DNA of 64,000 nucleotides from an uncultured delta proteobacterium (GCA_963745025.1 CAVUWD010000016.1:128001-192000), one strand, 5' to 3'; numbered from the stretch's first letter, positions 40,758-51,993 are shown. Program-made: numbers and translations. Notes: generated by a model not told the origin, from the letters alone.

Positions 40758-42005
40758 TCAGGGCGCGCGGGACGATGGGCTCCGGTCCACCGGCTCTTGC
40801 TCGCCGCCGCGCTCACCTTCACGGGTGCAGTCGGGCCATCCGTGGCGCTCGCCGCGCCCGAGTCGCCGGCGGCGGGCCAGGCTCTGCGATCGATCATCGA
40901 GCGCTATTCGGTGGAGGACGCGAAGCAGGCGAAGCAAGCGGCTGCAGATGTCTTCTTCGAGTTCGAGGGATCGACGCTCGACCGCGATCTCGCGGCGCGT
41001 GCCCCCGCGCTCTATCGCCAGCTGGAAGGCGAGTGGATGCGTCTATTGGCGGCCATGGACGGCGGGCGTTCCGAGGAGCAGGTGCGGGCGCAGGGCGAGC
41101 AGGTTCTCGCGCTCCTCGAGCGCGGCGGCGCCCAGGCTGCCGACGGCGGCGGCAGCGTCTTCGTCGATTCGCTGCTCATCATCCTGCGCGAGGGGTTCGA
41201 GGCGATTCTCATCGTGTCGGCCCTCGCCGCGTATCTCGTGCGCATCGGCGAACGGTCGCGCGCGCCGTATCTCTACGGCGGAGCGGCGCTCGCCGTCGGC
41301 GCGAGCGTCCTCCTCTGGATTGCGGCGCGCAGCGTTCTCGTGCTCTCCGGCGCGGAGCGGGATGCGCTCGAAGGCTGGACGATTCTGCTCGCCACCGGTG
41401 TTCTCTTCTGGGTCTCGTACTGGCTCGTGTCGAAGGCCGAGGCCGATCGCTGGCAGGCGTTCGTCAAGAGCCGAGTCGACCGCGCCGTCGGACGAGGGGC
41501 GCTCTTCGGCCTGGCCTTCCTCTCGTTCGTGGTCGTGTTCCGTGAGGGGCTCGAGACCGTGCTGTTCTACGAAGCGGTTGCCGCGCGTACTCGGGATGCC
41601 TCGGACCAGTCGTTGCTCGTCGCGGGATTCGTCACGGGCTGCGGGGCCCTCGCGGCTCTCTCTGTGCTGTTTCAGAAGCTGGGACCGCGCATCCCGATGC
41701 GCGCCTTCTTCAACGTCACCGGCGGGCTTCTCTACTTCATGGCGTTTCGCTTCGCGGGCGCCGGCGTCCGCGAGTTGCAGGAGGCCGGTGTTCTAGGGCA
41801 GACGCCGCTCGATTTCGTGCCCGAGTCGAGAGCGCTCGCGCAGTGGCTCGGTCTCTTTCCTTATCTCGAGCCGCTCGCCCTCCAGGGCGTGCTCGTCGTT
41901 CTGGCTCTGTTCGCCTTCTTCCAAACGTGGCGCCGCCGTCGTGTTCCTGCCGCCGCCGCGCCGCCGGCAGTCGAGCAGCAGCGCGCCGTGGCCGGCCGCC
42001 GCTGA
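40743..42005 (+). CDS. FTR1-family iron permease with N-terminal extracytoplasmic domain
   Basis: Two REGxE motifs (LREGFEA, FREGLET); start uncertain. Confidence 0.9.
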   Translation: MNFTISGRAGRWAPVHRLLLAAALTFTGAVGPSVALAAPESPAAGQALRSIIERYSVEDAKQAKQAAADVFFEFEGSTLDRDLAARAPALYRQLEGEWMRLLAAMDGGRSEEQVRAQGEQVLALLERGGAQAADGGGSVFVDSLLIILREGFEAILIVSALAAYLVRIGERSRAPYLYGGAALAVGASVLLWIAARSVLVLSGAERDALEGWTILLATGVLFWVSYWLVSKAEADRWQAFVKSRVDRAVGRGALFGLAFLSFVVVFREGLETVLFYEAVAARTRDASDQSLLVAGFVTGCGALAALSVLFQKLGPRIPMRAFFNVTGGLLYFMAFRFAGAGVRELQEAGVLGQTPLDFVPESRALAQWLGLFPYLEPLALQGVLVVLALFAFFQTWRRRRVPAAAAPPAVEQQRAVAGRR

Positions 42006-42013
42006 TGAAAAAG

Positions 42014-42053
42014 CGCCGCTGAAAAAAGAGACCGGATCTCTTTTTCGTCGGCG
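42014..42053. terminator. Bidirectional terminator-like hairpin
   Basis: AAAAAGAGA-CCGGA-TCTCTTTTT closed by CGCCG/CGGCG, between convergent genes. Confidence 0.55.
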
Positions 42054-42063
42054 TGAGCCGTTT

Positions 42064-42975
42064 TCACGCGTGGTCTGTCGTTTCGCAGGTGGTTTCCGGC
42101 CCCCATTCGACCTGGATCGTCGCGTGGTCGATGCCGGCCGCTTCCTTGAGGAGCTTCTGCACCGCTCGTAGCACCTCGCCGCGCGGGCTCTCCTGGGCGG
42201 CGCGGATGTGCACCGTCGCCGAGTGCAATCCCGACGTGAGCGTCCAAAAGTGCAGATCGTGAAGCTCGACGACGCCGGGAACGGCGAGTATCCTTTGGCG
42301 GACTTCCGTGAGATCGACCTCGCGCGGCGTGCCCTCGAGCAGGATGTGTGCCGATTGGCGGAGAAGGGTTACCATCCGCGGCAACACCAGGCAGCCGATT
42401 CCCGCAGACACCAACGGATCGACCCAGAACCAGCGCGTGACGCTCATCAATATCGCGGCAAGCGCGACTCCGAGCGCCCCGAGCGCGTCGCTCAGCACCT
42501 CGAGGTACGCCGCCTTCAAGTTGAGGCTATGCTCGCTTCCTTCGTGCAAGAGCGCGACCGACACGACGTTGGCGGCGAGCCCGGCGACGGCGACGGCCGT
42601 CATCAGGCTGGTATGGATCTCGGGCGGCGCGAGCAGCCTCATGTAGGCCTCGTAGAAGAGGAACCCGGTCACGATCAAGAGCAGCTCCGCATTGACGAAC
42701 GCCGCGAGGATCTCCGCGCGATACAGCCCGAAGGTGTATTTCTTGGTCGGCACGACCTCGGCGAGCGTCATCGCGCCGTAGGCGAGTATCAGCGCCGCAA
42801 CGTCGGCGAACAGGTGGGTCGCATCGGCGAGCAGCGCGAGGCTGCCGGAGGCGAGCCCGCCGGCGATCTCGATCACGAGGAAGACGAGAACCAACACGAG
42901 CACGCCGCGCAGGCGGCGCTTGTGGAATTCCCGGTTCCTTCCCCGTTCGGCGTCGTGCGGTTGCACTGCGATCAT
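42064..42975 (-). CDS. CDF-family cation efflux transporter (CzcD-like)
   Basis: SLALLADATHLFAD, AYLEVLSD, HDLHFW, HATIQVE. Confidence 0.92.
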   Translation of the reverse strand: MIAVQPHDAERGRNREFHKRRLRGVLVLVLVFLVIEIAGGLASGSLALLADATHLFADVAALILAYGAMTLAEVVPTKKYTFGLYRAEILAAFVNAELLLIVTGFLFYEAYMRLLAPPEIHTSLMTAVAVAGLAANVVSVALLHEGSEHSLNLKAAYLEVLSDALGALGVALAAILMSVTRWFWVDPLVSAGIGCLVLPRMVTLLRQSAHILLEGTPREVDLTEVRQRILAVPGVVELHDLHFWTLTSGLHSATVHIRAAQESPRGEVLRAVQKLLKEAAGIDHATIQVEWGPETTCETTDHA

Positions 42976-43069
42976 CCTGTGCGATCTCGCGAAACTTGCC
43001 AAGCGTCACTCGCTCGGCGGGGGCCGCGATCTACGCAGCAGCGCGAGCCTCTGCTACGATCCTCCACGG

Positions 43070-43741
43070 GTGATCCGTCTCTACCATGTCTCCAAGGTCT
43101 ATCCGCCGCGGTTCACCGCGTTGAGCGACGTCTCGCTCGCGATCGAGCCCGGCGAATTCGTGTTCCTGACGGGCCCGAGCGGGGCGGGCAAGACGACCCT
43201 GCTTCGGCTGCTGCTCGGCGCCGAGACGCCGACCGTGGGACAGGTCGTGATCGGTGGCAGGAACCTGGTGCGCCTCGGGCGCCGGGGGATCGCCAAGTTG
43301 CGCCGCTCGACGGGAATGGTGTTCCAGGACGCCAAGCTGCTTCCCGGGCTCCCAGTGCTCGACAACGTCGCATTGCCCGCCGAGGCGGCGGGCGAATCAT
43401 CGAAGGAGGCGCGCCGCAAGGCATTTGCGCTGCTCCGTGACCTCGGATTGAAGGACTTGGTGCGCCGCTACCCGCGTTCCTTGTCGGGGGGAGAGCAGCA
43501 GCGAGTGGCGCTCGCGCGTGCGCTCGTCAACGAGCCTGGGTTACTCCTCGCCGACGAGCCGACCGGCAACTTGGACGAAGAGTCGGCGCGCCGGGTCGTG
43601 GAGCTCATGGTGCGCGCCCATTCCGGAGGGGCGACGGTCGTGCTCGCAACACACGACCCGCAGCTACTGGGTGCGGTGTCCGGTCGGCAGATCACGCTGC
43701 GAGCGGGACACTTGGTCGACGGTGGGGCCGCGGCCGAATGA
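43070..43741 (+). CDS. ftsE: Cell division ATP-binding protein FtsE
   Basis: [28 protein letters not shown]; upstream of ftsX. Confidence 0.9.
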   Translation: MIRLYHVSKVYPPRFTALSDVSLAIEPGEFVFLTGPSGAGKTTLLRLLLGAETPTVGQVVIGGRNLVRLGRRGIAKLRRSTGMVFQDAKLLPGLPVLDNVALPAEAAGESSKEARRKAFALLRDLGLKDLVRRYPRSLSGGEQQRVALARALVNEPGLLLADEPTGNLDEESARRVVELMVRAHSGGATVVLATHDPQLLGAVSGRQITLRAGHLVDGGAAAE

Positions 43742-44649
43742 GACGGTTCCACCCCTTCTATTTCGTCCGTCGCGCGCTCGCCAACCTGCGCGGCGCCCCG
43801 CGGCCCGCCGCGGTCACCGCTTCGACGATCGCGATCGCGATCTTCCTGTTTGGTGCGTTCTGGCTCTTCGGCGAGAACCTCTACCGTACGCTGGTCGGCT
43901 GGGCGGGGGAGGGAGATCCCCTGGTCGTCTACGCGAAGCGAGGCCTGCCGCCGGCGACGACCGAGGCGCTCGCCCGCCAGATCCAGACGCAGCCGGAGGT
44001 GGCGCGGGTGCGCGTGATTCCCCCCGCGGAGGGGCTGAAGGATCTCCGCCGCACGCTCGGCAGCGACGCCGACGTTCTCGAAGGAATCGATGCCGAGGTG
44101 CTGCCGGCCATCGTCTCGGTCGGGCTGCGCCGAACGACGCTCGACCCGACGGTCACGGAGCTGCTCGCCGCCCGCATCCGGCACTTCGAAGGCGTGGAGA
44201 CGGTCGATTCGCAGGTCGCGTGGATCGAGCGCTTCGCCAAGCTCGGCCGCTGGCTCATGTGGGTGGGCTTCGGCTGGGCCCTGATCCTTGGCTTCGGCGC
44301 GTTGCTGGTGATCGGGAACTCGGCGCGCTTGGCGGCGCTGACCCGCAAGGAGGAGATCGAGGTCCTGCGGCTCGTTGGAGCGTCGGAAGCCTTCATCGTT
44401 GTGCCGTTCTTCATCGAGGGTGCGATCCAGGGACTGGCCGGATCGCTGCTCGGGACGGGCGCGCTCGCGGCGGCGTTCTTCGCGCTCGAGCGATCCCTCG
44501 AGGATGGCTCGCTTCTCCCCTTGTTCACACCCTCGCTCGCGTTTCTCGAGCCGCGTTTGATCGGCGTTCTGCTCACGGCCGGGCCGCTTCTCGGAGCAAT
44601 CGGCAGCGCCGGCTCGGCGCGCCGCTACCTCCGCGGGGTGGAGCTGTGA
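43738..44649 (+). CDS. ftsX: Cell division protein FtsX
   Basis: EEIEVLRLVGAS..FI..PF.IEG. Confidence 0.9.
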   Translation: MRRFHPFYFVRRALANLRGAPRPAAVTASTIAIAIFLFGAFWLFGENLYRTLVGWAGEGDPLVVYAKRGLPPATTEALARQIQTQPEVARVRVIPPAEGLKDLRRTLGSDADVLEGIDAEVLPAIVSVGLRRTTLDPTVTELLAARIRHFEGVETVDSQVAWIERFAKLGRWLMWVGFGWALILGFGALLVIGNSARLAALTRKEEIEVLRLVGASEAFIVVPFFIEGAIQGLAGSLLGTGALAAAFFALERSLEDGSLLPLFTPSLAFLEPRLIGVLLTAGPLLGAIGSAGSARRYLRGVEL

Positions 44650-45758
44650 GGCCTGCTCGCGGGCTCTGGCTGCCGACACTCGCGACGCTCTCGGTAGCGA
44701 CCGCGATCGGCGCCGGAGACTCCGCCGATCGCCTGAAGGAAGTCGAGCAAGAAATCCAGCGGACCGAGGAAGAGGCGAAATCCATCGAAGCGCAAGCAGA
44801 AGGGGTGCTCGGCGAGATCGATACCGTCGATCGCTCGATCAGCGACCACGCGCGGCGCCTGCGCGATCTGACCACCGAGATCCGCGCGGCCCAGGCGCGC
44901 ATGGATGCCGTCGAACGCACGATTGCCAAGCTCGACGCCGAGGAACCGCGCCTGCACGCACGCTTCGTCGCGCGAGCCCGGGGTCTCTATCGTCTGCGCC
45001 AGCGAGGGCTCGCACCAATCGTCTTCCAAGCGCCGCGCGATTGGGGCGAGGCCACTCGCTACCAGCGAAGCCTCGAAGCGGTGCTCGCATACGACCACGC
45101 GCTCGCAGCGGAGCTGCGCCGCAATCGTGGCGAGGCGGCCGCCGCCCGGGAGCAGGCGGCTTCCGAAGCGGCGACGCTCGCGGCACGCCGCAAGGACAGC
45201 GCTCGGGAGCTCGAATCCCTCCGTGCCGAGCGGGCCAAGAAGCAAACGATACTCGCGTCGCTGCGAGGCGAAGGGCAGAAGCGCACGCGTCTTCTCGACG
45301 AGCTCAAATCCTCGGCGGAGAAGCTTCGGGAGCTGATCGAAAAAGAGGAAGCGTCAAAGACGCCGCCGTTCGAACCTCCCGCGGGTTCGGCCGTGCACAT
45401 GCGGTTCCCGATCCGCTCGGTGGGCGAGGCGGTCACCTCGGTCCGTAACGGCGTCGAGATCCGGGCTGCGGCAGGGACGTCGATTCAGGCGGTGAAAGCC
45501 GGACGCGTGGTCTTTGCCGGCTGGTTTGCCGGCTACGGCAAAATGGTGATTCTCGATCACGGCGACCATCTCTACACGGTGTACGGCTACGCGGAGAGTC
45601 TGCTCGTCGAGGCCGGCCGGGTCGTCGACGCCGGCGATCTCATCGCCACCGTCGGCGTGACCGGACCCGTCATCGCGCCGAGCCTCTACTTCGAGATTCG
45701 CGACCACGGCGTGCCGCGCGACCCGGCCTCCTACATCCCCGCGCTCGCACGGAAGTGA
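44646..45758 (+). CDS. envC: Murein hydrolase activator EnvC-like
   Basis: Coiled coil plus degenerate M23 domain (NGVEI, GYGKMVILDHG, LYFEIR); follows ftsEX. Confidence 0.85.
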   Translation: MRPARGLWLPTLATLSVATAIGAGDSADRLKEVEQEIQRTEEEAKSIEAQAEGVLGEIDTVDRSISDHARRLRDLTTEIRAAQARMDAVERTIAKLDAEEPRLHARFVARARGLYRLRQRGLAPIVFQAPRDWGEATRYQRSLEAVLAYDHALAAELRRNRGEAAAAREQAASEAATLAARRKDSARELESLRAERAKKQTILASLRGEGQKRTRLLDELKSSAEKLRELIEKEEASKTPPFEPPAGSAVHMRFPIRSVGEAVTSVRNGVEIRAAAGTSIQAVKAGRVVFAGWFAGYGKMVILDHGDHLYTVYGYAESLLVEAGRVVDAGDLIATVGVTGPVIAPSLYFEIRDHGVPRDPASYIPALARK

Positions 45759-45795
45759 GCGCAGTCGTCCTCACTCTCACGGGGCAGTGTAACGT

Positions 45796-46035
45796 CTCAG
45801 TCTCGGGTGCGAGCGCTCGAAATTCCTGATGCGCTGGATCTTCCGGTCGGCCCGTGCTCGGGTCGACCGGAAGATCCAGGCACCGCGCGGAAGCGCGGAA
45901 GGCAATAGACCAACTCGCGGGTTATTACCTCCCGCGCTCCGCGCGGTTGCGGTCGGTTGTGATCGACCCGAATACGGGCCGATCACAACCGACCGCGCTC
46001 TTCGTTGTCCCGAAGCACTCGCGGCGAAGACTGAG
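45796..46035. repeat. Multi-hairpin intergenic element, copy A
   Basis: Three hairpins (45834-45879, 45882-45947, 45949-45996) inside an imperfect closing stem; homologous to 59320-59572. Confidence 0.88.
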
Positions 46036-46097
46036 CTCTCACCGAGCGTCACCATCGCGTTGACTGGCTGCGGACCCTCGGTTAAGACAACGGCCCA

Positions 46098-47582
46098 ATG
46101 CCCGATTCCGCCAGTGATCTGCTGGTCGCGCGCCGGCGGAAGCTCGAGGCGCTGCGTGCACGCGGCGGTGTTGCCTTTCCGAACGATTTCGTCCCCGATC
46201 GGACGACCGGCGAGGCACGCACGCGCTTCGGCGATGTGAGCGCCGAGCGTCTGGCGGATGCGAAAGAGACGGTGCGCCTCGCGGGACGCATCGTCGGCAT
46301 GCGCGACTTCGGCAAGGCGGCATTCTTTCACTTGCAAGATCGCAGTGGCCGGCTGCAGGTCTACGTCAAGCGCGAAGAGCTCGGCGAGGAAGGATTCGCG
46401 GTCTACCGGCACTGCGACGTCGGCGACGTCGTCGGTGTGGAAGGCGAGCTCTTTCGCACGCGAACCGGGGAGCTGACCCTGCTCGCGCGCCGCTTCCGAA
46501 TCCTCACCAAGTCGCTTCGGCCGCTTCCCGAGAAGTGGCACGGTCTCGCCGACACCGAGATCCGCTATCGGCAGCGCTACCTCGACCTGATCGCCAACCC
46601 GCAAGCCGCCGAGGTCTTCCGCAAGCGTGCCGCGATCATGCAGAAGATTCGCGACTACTTCGCCGCACGCGATTTCATCGAGGTCGAGACGCCGATGATG
46701 CAGCTCACCGCCGGGGGCGCCGCGGCCCGGCCCTTCGTCACCCACCACAATGCGCTGGATCTCGATCTCTACCTGCGCATCGCACCCGAGCTGTATCTGA
46801 AGCGTCTCGTGGTCGGCGGATTCGAGCGCGTCTTCGAGCTCTCCAGGGTGTTTCGCAACGAAGGCGTGTCGACGCAGCACAATCCCGAGTTCACGCTCCT
46901 CGAGTTCTACATGGCGTATGCGGATTACCACAGGCTCATGGAGATCACCGAAGAGCTCTTCTGCGAGCTCGCGCGGGAAGCGGCCGGCGGTCTCCGACTG
47001 CCGTGGGGAAAGCACGAGATCGATCTCACGCCCCCCTGGAAGCGGCTCACGCTGCGCCAGGCGGTGCGCAGCCACGCCGGAGCTCGTGACGCGGACCTCG
47101 CCTCGGAAGCGTCGCTACGGGCGTTTGCCGCGGGTCGGGGCCTGGCGCTCGACAAGAGCTGGGGCGCGGGCAGGATTCTTCTCGAGCTCTTCGAGGCCTT
47201 CGCCGAAGACAAGCTCGTCTCGCCGACCTTCGTGTTGGGATATCCGGTGGAGGTCTCACCTCTTGCGCGGCGCAATCCGGACGACCCCGAGATCACGGAC
47301 CGCTTCGAGCTCTACATCGCCGGACGGGAGATGGCGAACGCGTTTTCCGAGCTGAACGATCCCGACGACCAGCGCCGCCGTTTCGAAGCCCAGGCACGCG
47401 CCAAGGCCGCTGGCGACGAGGAGGCGCAGGAGATGGATGAGGACTTCGTGCTCGCGCTCGAGCACGCCATGCCGCCGACCGCGGGAGAAGGCGTGGGGGT
47501 CGATCGATTGGTGATGATGCTCACCAATCAGTCGTCGATCCGCGACGTGATCCTCTTTCCGCTGCTTCGCCCGCCTGCCTGA
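46098..47582 (+). CDS. lysS: Lysine--tRNA ligase
   Basis: LPEKWHGL, RQRYLDL, YLRIAPELYLKRL, FRNEG, HNPEF. Confidence 0.97.
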   Translation: MPDSASDLLVARRRKLEALRARGGVAFPNDFVPDRTTGEARTRFGDVSAERLADAKETVRLAGRIVGMRDFGKAAFFHLQDRSGRLQVYVKREELGEEGFAVYRHCDVGDVVGVEGELFRTRTGELTLLARRFRILTKSLRPLPEKWHGLADTEIRYRQRYLDLIANPQAAEVFRKRAAIMQKIRDYFAARDFIEVETPMMQLTAGGAAARPFVTHHNALDLDLYLRIAPELYLKRLVVGGFERVFELSRVFRNEGVSTQHNPEFTLLEFYMAYADYHRLMEITEELFCELAREAAGGLRLPWGKHEIDLTPPWKRLTLRQAVRSHAGARDADLASEASLRAFAAGRGLALDKSWGAGRILLELFEAFAEDKLVSPTFVLGYPVEVSPLARRNPDDPEITDRFELYIAGREMANAFSELNDPDDQRRRFEAQARAKAAGDEEAQEMDEDFVLALEHAMPPTAGEGVGVDRLVMMLTNQSSIRDVILFPLLRPPA

Positions 47583-47592
47583 GCCGCTTTCC

Positions 47593-48855
47593 GTGCGGTA
47601 CGAGCTGTTCATCAGCCTGCGCTACCTCCGCGCGAAGCGCCGAGAGGCGTTCATCAGCCTGATCACGCTGATCTCGATCCTCGGCGTGACGATCAGCGTG
47701 ACGACGCTCGACATCGCGCTGTCGGTGACCACCGGCTTCGAAAACGATTTGCGAAACCGGATCCTCGGCTTCACGCCGCACGTGATCGTCACCAGCTACG
47801 GCGGGCCGATCGCGGATCCGGCAAAGGTGATGGGCCCGATCCTGCGCACGCCCGGCGTGGTGGCGGCTGCTCCGTACGTGTACGTGCAGGCCATGGTCTC
47901 CTACGGCAGCGCCGTCACCGGCGTTTTCATCCGCGGCGTCGAGCCCGAGCGGGCGCACGCGGTGGTCGACGTGAAGCGCTTCCTGCGCAGCGGCAGCTTC
48001 GACGAGATGGGCAAGCCGCACGACGTGACGATCCACGAACAAGGGGAGGAGAGGCGGGTGGCGCTGTCCGGCGTGGTCATCGGCGTCGAGCTCGCCAAGC
48101 AGCTCGGCGTCAGCGAGGGCAGCGCGGTCACGGTCATTCTGCCCGTGGGTACGCCCTCCTCGCTCGGGATGGTTCCGCGCATCAAGCGCTTCGCGGTCGT
48201 CGGCCTCTTCGACTCGGGGATGGCCGAGTTCGATTCGAGCCTCATGTATATGGCGCTTGCCGACGCGCAGGGCTTGGTCGGCCTGAAGGACGCCGTCACG
48301 GGAGTGGAAGTCCGCACGGAGCGAATCGACCAAGCCGCGGAAGTCGCCGCGCGGATCGCAAAGAGCGGACTCGGATTTCCCTACGAAGCGCGGGATTGGA
48401 TGCAGATGAACCGCAACGTGTTCATCGCGCTGCGGTTGGAGAAGCTCGTCTATTTTCTCGTGCTCTCGCTCATGCTCGTGGTTGCGGGCTTCTCCATTCT
48501 CGCGACGTTGATCATGGTCGTGATGGAGAAGCGAAAAGACATCGCGATTTTGAAGTCGATGGGGGCCACGGACGGCTCGGTGGCGCGAATCTTCGTCTTC
48601 AAGGGGTTGGTGATCGGGCTCATCGGTACGGTTCTCGGTAACATCGGCGGTCTCGGCCTCTCCTGGTTGATCTCCCGATACAAGCTCCCGCTGCCGCACG
48701 GGGTGTTCTTCACCGAGACCGTGCCCGTCGAGATCGTTCCCGCCTACTTCGTGGCGGTGACCGTCGCGGCGTTCGTGGTCTGCTTGTTCGTCACGGCCTA
48801 TCCGGCGTCACGTGCGGCGCGCGTCGCCCCCGTGGACGTCATTCGCTATGAATGA
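47593..48855 (+). CDS. Lipoprotein-releasing ABC permease LolC/E
   Basis: [37 protein letters not shown]...RYE. Confidence 0.93.
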   Translation: MRYELFISLRYLRAKRREAFISLITLISILGVTISVTTLDIALSVTTGFENDLRNRILGFTPHVIVTSYGGPIADPAKVMGPILRTPGVVAAAPYVYVQAMVSYGSAVTGVFIRGVEPERAHAVVDVKRFLRSGSFDEMGKPHDVTIHEQGEERRVALSGVVIGVELAKQLGVSEGSAVTVILPVGTPSSLGMVPRIKRFAVVGLFDSGMAEFDSSLMYMALADAQGLVGLKDAVTGVEVRTERIDQAAEVAARIAKSGLGFPYEARDWMQMNRNVFIALRLEKLVYFLVLSLMLVVAGFSILATLIMVVMEKRKDIAILKSMGATDGSVARIFVFKGLVIGLIGTVLGNIGGLGLSWLISRYKLPLPHGVFFTETVPVEIVPAYFVAVTVAAFVVCLFVTAYPASRAARVAPVDVIRYE

Positions 48856-49576
48856 GGAGCTTGCTTCGGCGGCGGTCGGCGAGCCGCTCGTGTACGTCGA
48901 TGGGCTCGTCAAGCACTTCAGCGACGTCGGGCGGGTCGTGCGCGTGCTCGAGGGGGTGCATCTCGAGGTACAGCCAGCCGAGAAGATCGCCATCGTCGGC
49001 GAGTCGGGCGTGGGTAAATCGACGTTGCTGCACATCCTCGGGGCGCTCGACCGGCCGACCGCCGGGGTCGTGCGCTATGGCGGCGCCGACCTTCAGTCGC
49101 TCACGCCACGGGCGCTCGCCGCCTTCCGCAACCGCGACATCGGTTTCGTCTTCCAGTTCCACCACTTGATGGCGGATCTCACCGCCGAGGAGAACGTCAT
49201 GATGCCGGCGCTGATCGCCGGTCTGAGCTGGGATCGCGCTCGCCAAGAGGCGCGCGCCATCCTCGAGCGCGTGGGCCTCGCCGATCGGCTCGCGCACAAG
49301 CCTGGTGAGCTTTCCGGGGGCGAGCAGCAGCGGGTGTCGGTCGCGCGGGCGGTCGTGCGGTCCCCTCGGGCGCTCCTCGCCGACGAGCCCACGGGGAACC
49401 TCGATCCTGCCACGGGCGAGGAGGTCCAGCGCCTGCTGATCGAGCTCAACCGTGAGCGCGGCGTGGCGCTCGTCGTCGTCACCCACAATCCACGGCTCGC
49501 CGCGGCGATGGATCGCGTACTCCGTCTGCACGGCGGCCGCCTCGAGGCGGTTCGCGATCTCGGAGCACGGGTTTGA
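48848..49576 (+). CDS. lolD: Lipoprotein-releasing ABC ATPase
   Basis: [29 protein letters not shown]. Confidence 0.92.
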   Translation: MNEELASAAVGEPLVYVDGLVKHFSDVGRVVRVLEGVHLEVQPAEKIAIVGESGVGKSTLLHILGALDRPTAGVVRYGGADLQSLTPRALAAFRNRDIGFVFQFHHLMADLTAEENVMMPALIAGLSWDRARQEARAILERVGLADRLAHKPGELSGGEQQRVSVARAVVRSPRALLADEPTGNLDPATGEEVQRLLIELNRERGVALVVVTHNPRLAAAMDRVLRLHGGRLEAVRDLGARV

Positions 49577-49662
49577 AGACCAGACGCCCGCCGCACGTCG
49601 AAGGGCCGTGCTGTACACCCCGCAAACCATCTGATACCACGGCGCAATTTCGTGAATTCCAC

Positions 49663-51993
49663 ATGACCGTCTGCAGGTTCCTGCTCTTCTGGGTGCTGGC
49701 GCTCGCGTCGTCAGGGGCTGCCGGGGAAGCGCCAATCGAGGCCATTTCGGTCACCGGCAACAGCCGCGTCGAGCAATCGGCGATCCGCGTCCGCATCAAG
49801 AGCCCGATCGGCAAGCCGCCCGACCCCGCCCTCATCGAGCAGGACGTACGCTCGATCTACGCCATGGGTTTTTTCGAGGACGTACGAGCGTCGGTCGAGG
49901 ACGGCGACGGCAGACGCACGCTCACGTTCCACGTGGTCGAGCGGCCGATGATCAAAGAGATCAAGCTCGAGGGCAACAAGAAGATCAAAGACGACGATCT
50001 GCAGATCGCGCTGAAGGTTCGGCCGCACACGTTGCTCGACGTCGAGAAGATCCAGCGAGGCATGGAGGAAGCCAAGAAGCTCTACGACCAGAAGGGCTAC
50101 AAGGACGCCGCGATCACCTTCAAGACCTCCGAGCCGGTGGGGGGAGAGGTCACGCTTACCTTCCATGTCGTCGAGGGTAAGGTCGTCCGCATCCGGCACA
50201 TCATCTTCGAGGGCAACAAGGAGTTCTCGGCGCGTGAACTGCGCCGCATCATGCAGACGAAGCAGGCGTGGTTCCTCTCCGTGCTGACCGGTGCCGGCAA
50301 CCTCGATCCCGAGGTGCTGAAGACCGACGTCGAGCGGTTGACCGCCTTCTACTACGACAGCGGACACGTGAACGTGAAAGTCGACGAGCCGCAGGTCGAG
50401 CGCAAGGAAGACGGGCTCGATGTGACGATCCGCATCGAAGAGGGCGCTCAGTACGTGGTCGGGCCGGTGAAGTTCGCCGGGGACATCGTGGGTGACCCGG
50501 ACGTCACCATGGCGCACCTCGAGATGAAGAGCGGAGATGTGTTCCGCGCGAGCCGGCTCCGCAAGGATATCCTCTTTCTCACCGAATCCTACGGCGATCT
50601 CGGCTTCGCCTTCGTCAACGTCGAGCCGCTCACCGAAGTGGATCCCGACAAGAAGCAGGTCGGGCTCACCTACAAGATCGACAAGGGCCCCGTGGTCTAT
50701 TTCGATCGCATCGAGATCACCGGCAACACCAAGACCAAGGACGAGGTGATCCGTCGCGAGCTGAACGTTCAGGAGCAGCAGCTCTTCCGCGGCAGCGATC
50801 TGAAGACGAGCCGGGCCCGCGTGCAGCGCCTGGCTCTCTTCCAGGAAGTGAACATGACGACCCAGCGCGCGGATCAGCCGGACAAGATCGATCTGCTGGT
50901 CGACGTCAAGGAGTCGCAAACCGGTGCGTTCACCGCCGGTGCGGGGTTCAGCACGGCCGACCAATTCCTGTTCAACGTGCGGCTCTCCGAGAACAACCTG
51001 TTCGGAACCGGCGACCGGGTGGTGCTCAACGCGGACGTCGGCTCGCAGCGGCGGAACTTCACCCTCGACTACACCAACCCCTACAGCTTCGACACCTACT
51101 TCACCTCGATCTTCTCGGCGTTCAACTACCTTACCGAATTCGACGACTTCGACCGTGGCGGCACCGGCTTCTCGATCGAGGCACTCTATCCATTCACCGC
51201 GCTCGGCGTGCGCCGGGTGCCGTTCGTCGGCGCCTCGCTCGACGAGGTGCGCTTCGGCATGCGCTACAGACTCGACGATACGGACATCAGCAACGTCTCG
51301 AGCTTTTTCCGCGTGCCGAGCATCGACGCCGAGGAAGGCAAAATGCTGGTGAGCAGCGTGATTCCCACGCTCGTGCGCAACACCCTGAACCATCCCTTCG
51401 ATCCGACCGACGGCTCGATCCAGGACATGTCGGTGCAATTCGCCGGCATCGGCGCGGGGGCGGGTTACTTAATCGTCGAGGGGCGAGGGCGCTGGTTCTA
51501 TCCCTTCTACAAGAGCCCGACGTTCGGCACTTTCGTGCTCTCGCATGGGACTCGCGTCGGTTGGGGCGTCGGCCAGGAAGACCGTAGCGGAAAGGAAATT
51601 CCGCTGTTCGAGCGGTTCTTCCCCGGTGGCATCAACTCGGTGCGCGGCTACGAAGCTCGCACGCTCGGCCCCCGCGAGCCGGTGTTCGACCCAGAGAACA
51701 ACATCGTCGACACCACTCCGGTCGGAGGCAGCACGCAGCTGATCTTCAACAACGAGCTGATCTTTCCGATCTTCGAGCAACTCGGGCTGCGCGGCGTGCT
51801 CTTCTTCGACCTCGGTAACGCCTGGCGGCACGACCAGGGAATCCCCTTGAGCGATTTGCGCAAATCCGTGGGATGGGGCGTCCGCTGGCTGTCGCCGATC
51901 GGTCCGCTGCGCATCGAACTCGGATATCCGCTGCAGAAGAAGGCGAACGAGAAGAGCAGCGTCTTTCAGTTCTCGTTCGGCGCCCCCCTATAG
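49663..51993 (+). CDS. bamA: Outer membrane assembly factor BamA
   Basis: POTRA repeats, SVRGY, WLSPIGPL, C-terminal FQFSFG. Confidence 0.96.
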   Translation: MTVCRFLLFWVLALASSGAAGEAPIEAISVTGNSRVEQSAIRVRIKSPIGKPPDPALIEQDVRSIYAMGFFEDVRASVEDGDGRRTLTFHVVERPMIKEIKLEGNKKIKDDDLQIALKVRPHTLLDVEKIQRGMEEAKKLYDQKGYKDAAITFKTSEPVGGEVTLTFHVVEGKVVRIRHIIFEGNKEFSARELRRIMQTKQAWFLSVLTGAGNLDPEVLKTDVERLTAFYYDSGHVNVKVDEPQVERKEDGLDVTIRIEEGAQYVVGPVKFAGDIVGDPDVTMAHLEMKSGDVFRASRLRKDILFLTESYGDLGFAFVNVEPLTEVDPDKKQVGLTYKIDKGPVVYFDRIEITGNTKTKDEVIRRELNVQEQQLFRGSDLKTSRARVQRLALFQEVNMTTQRADQPDKIDLLVDVKESQTGAFTAGAGFSTADQFLFNVRLSENNLFGTGDRVVLNADVGSQRRNFTLDYTNPYSFDTYFTSIFSAFNYLTEFDDFDRGGTGFSIEALYPFTALGVRRVPFVGASLDEVRFGMRYRLDDTDISNVSSFFRVPSIDAEEGKMLVSSVIPTLVRNTLNHPFDPTDGSIQDMSVQFAGIGAGAGYLIVEGRGRWFYPFYKSPTFGTFVLSHGTRVGWGVGQEDRSGKEIPLFERFFPGGINSVRGYEARTLGPREPVFDPENNIVDTTPVGGSTQLIFNNELIFPIFEQLGLRGVLFFDLGNAWRHDQGIPLSDLRKSVGWGVRWLSPIGPLRIELGYPLQKKANEKSSVFQFSFGAPL

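Noticed and set aside
44646-45758. M23 domain lacking zinc ligands
   Set aside because: Expected for EnvC-type amidase activators next to ftsEX
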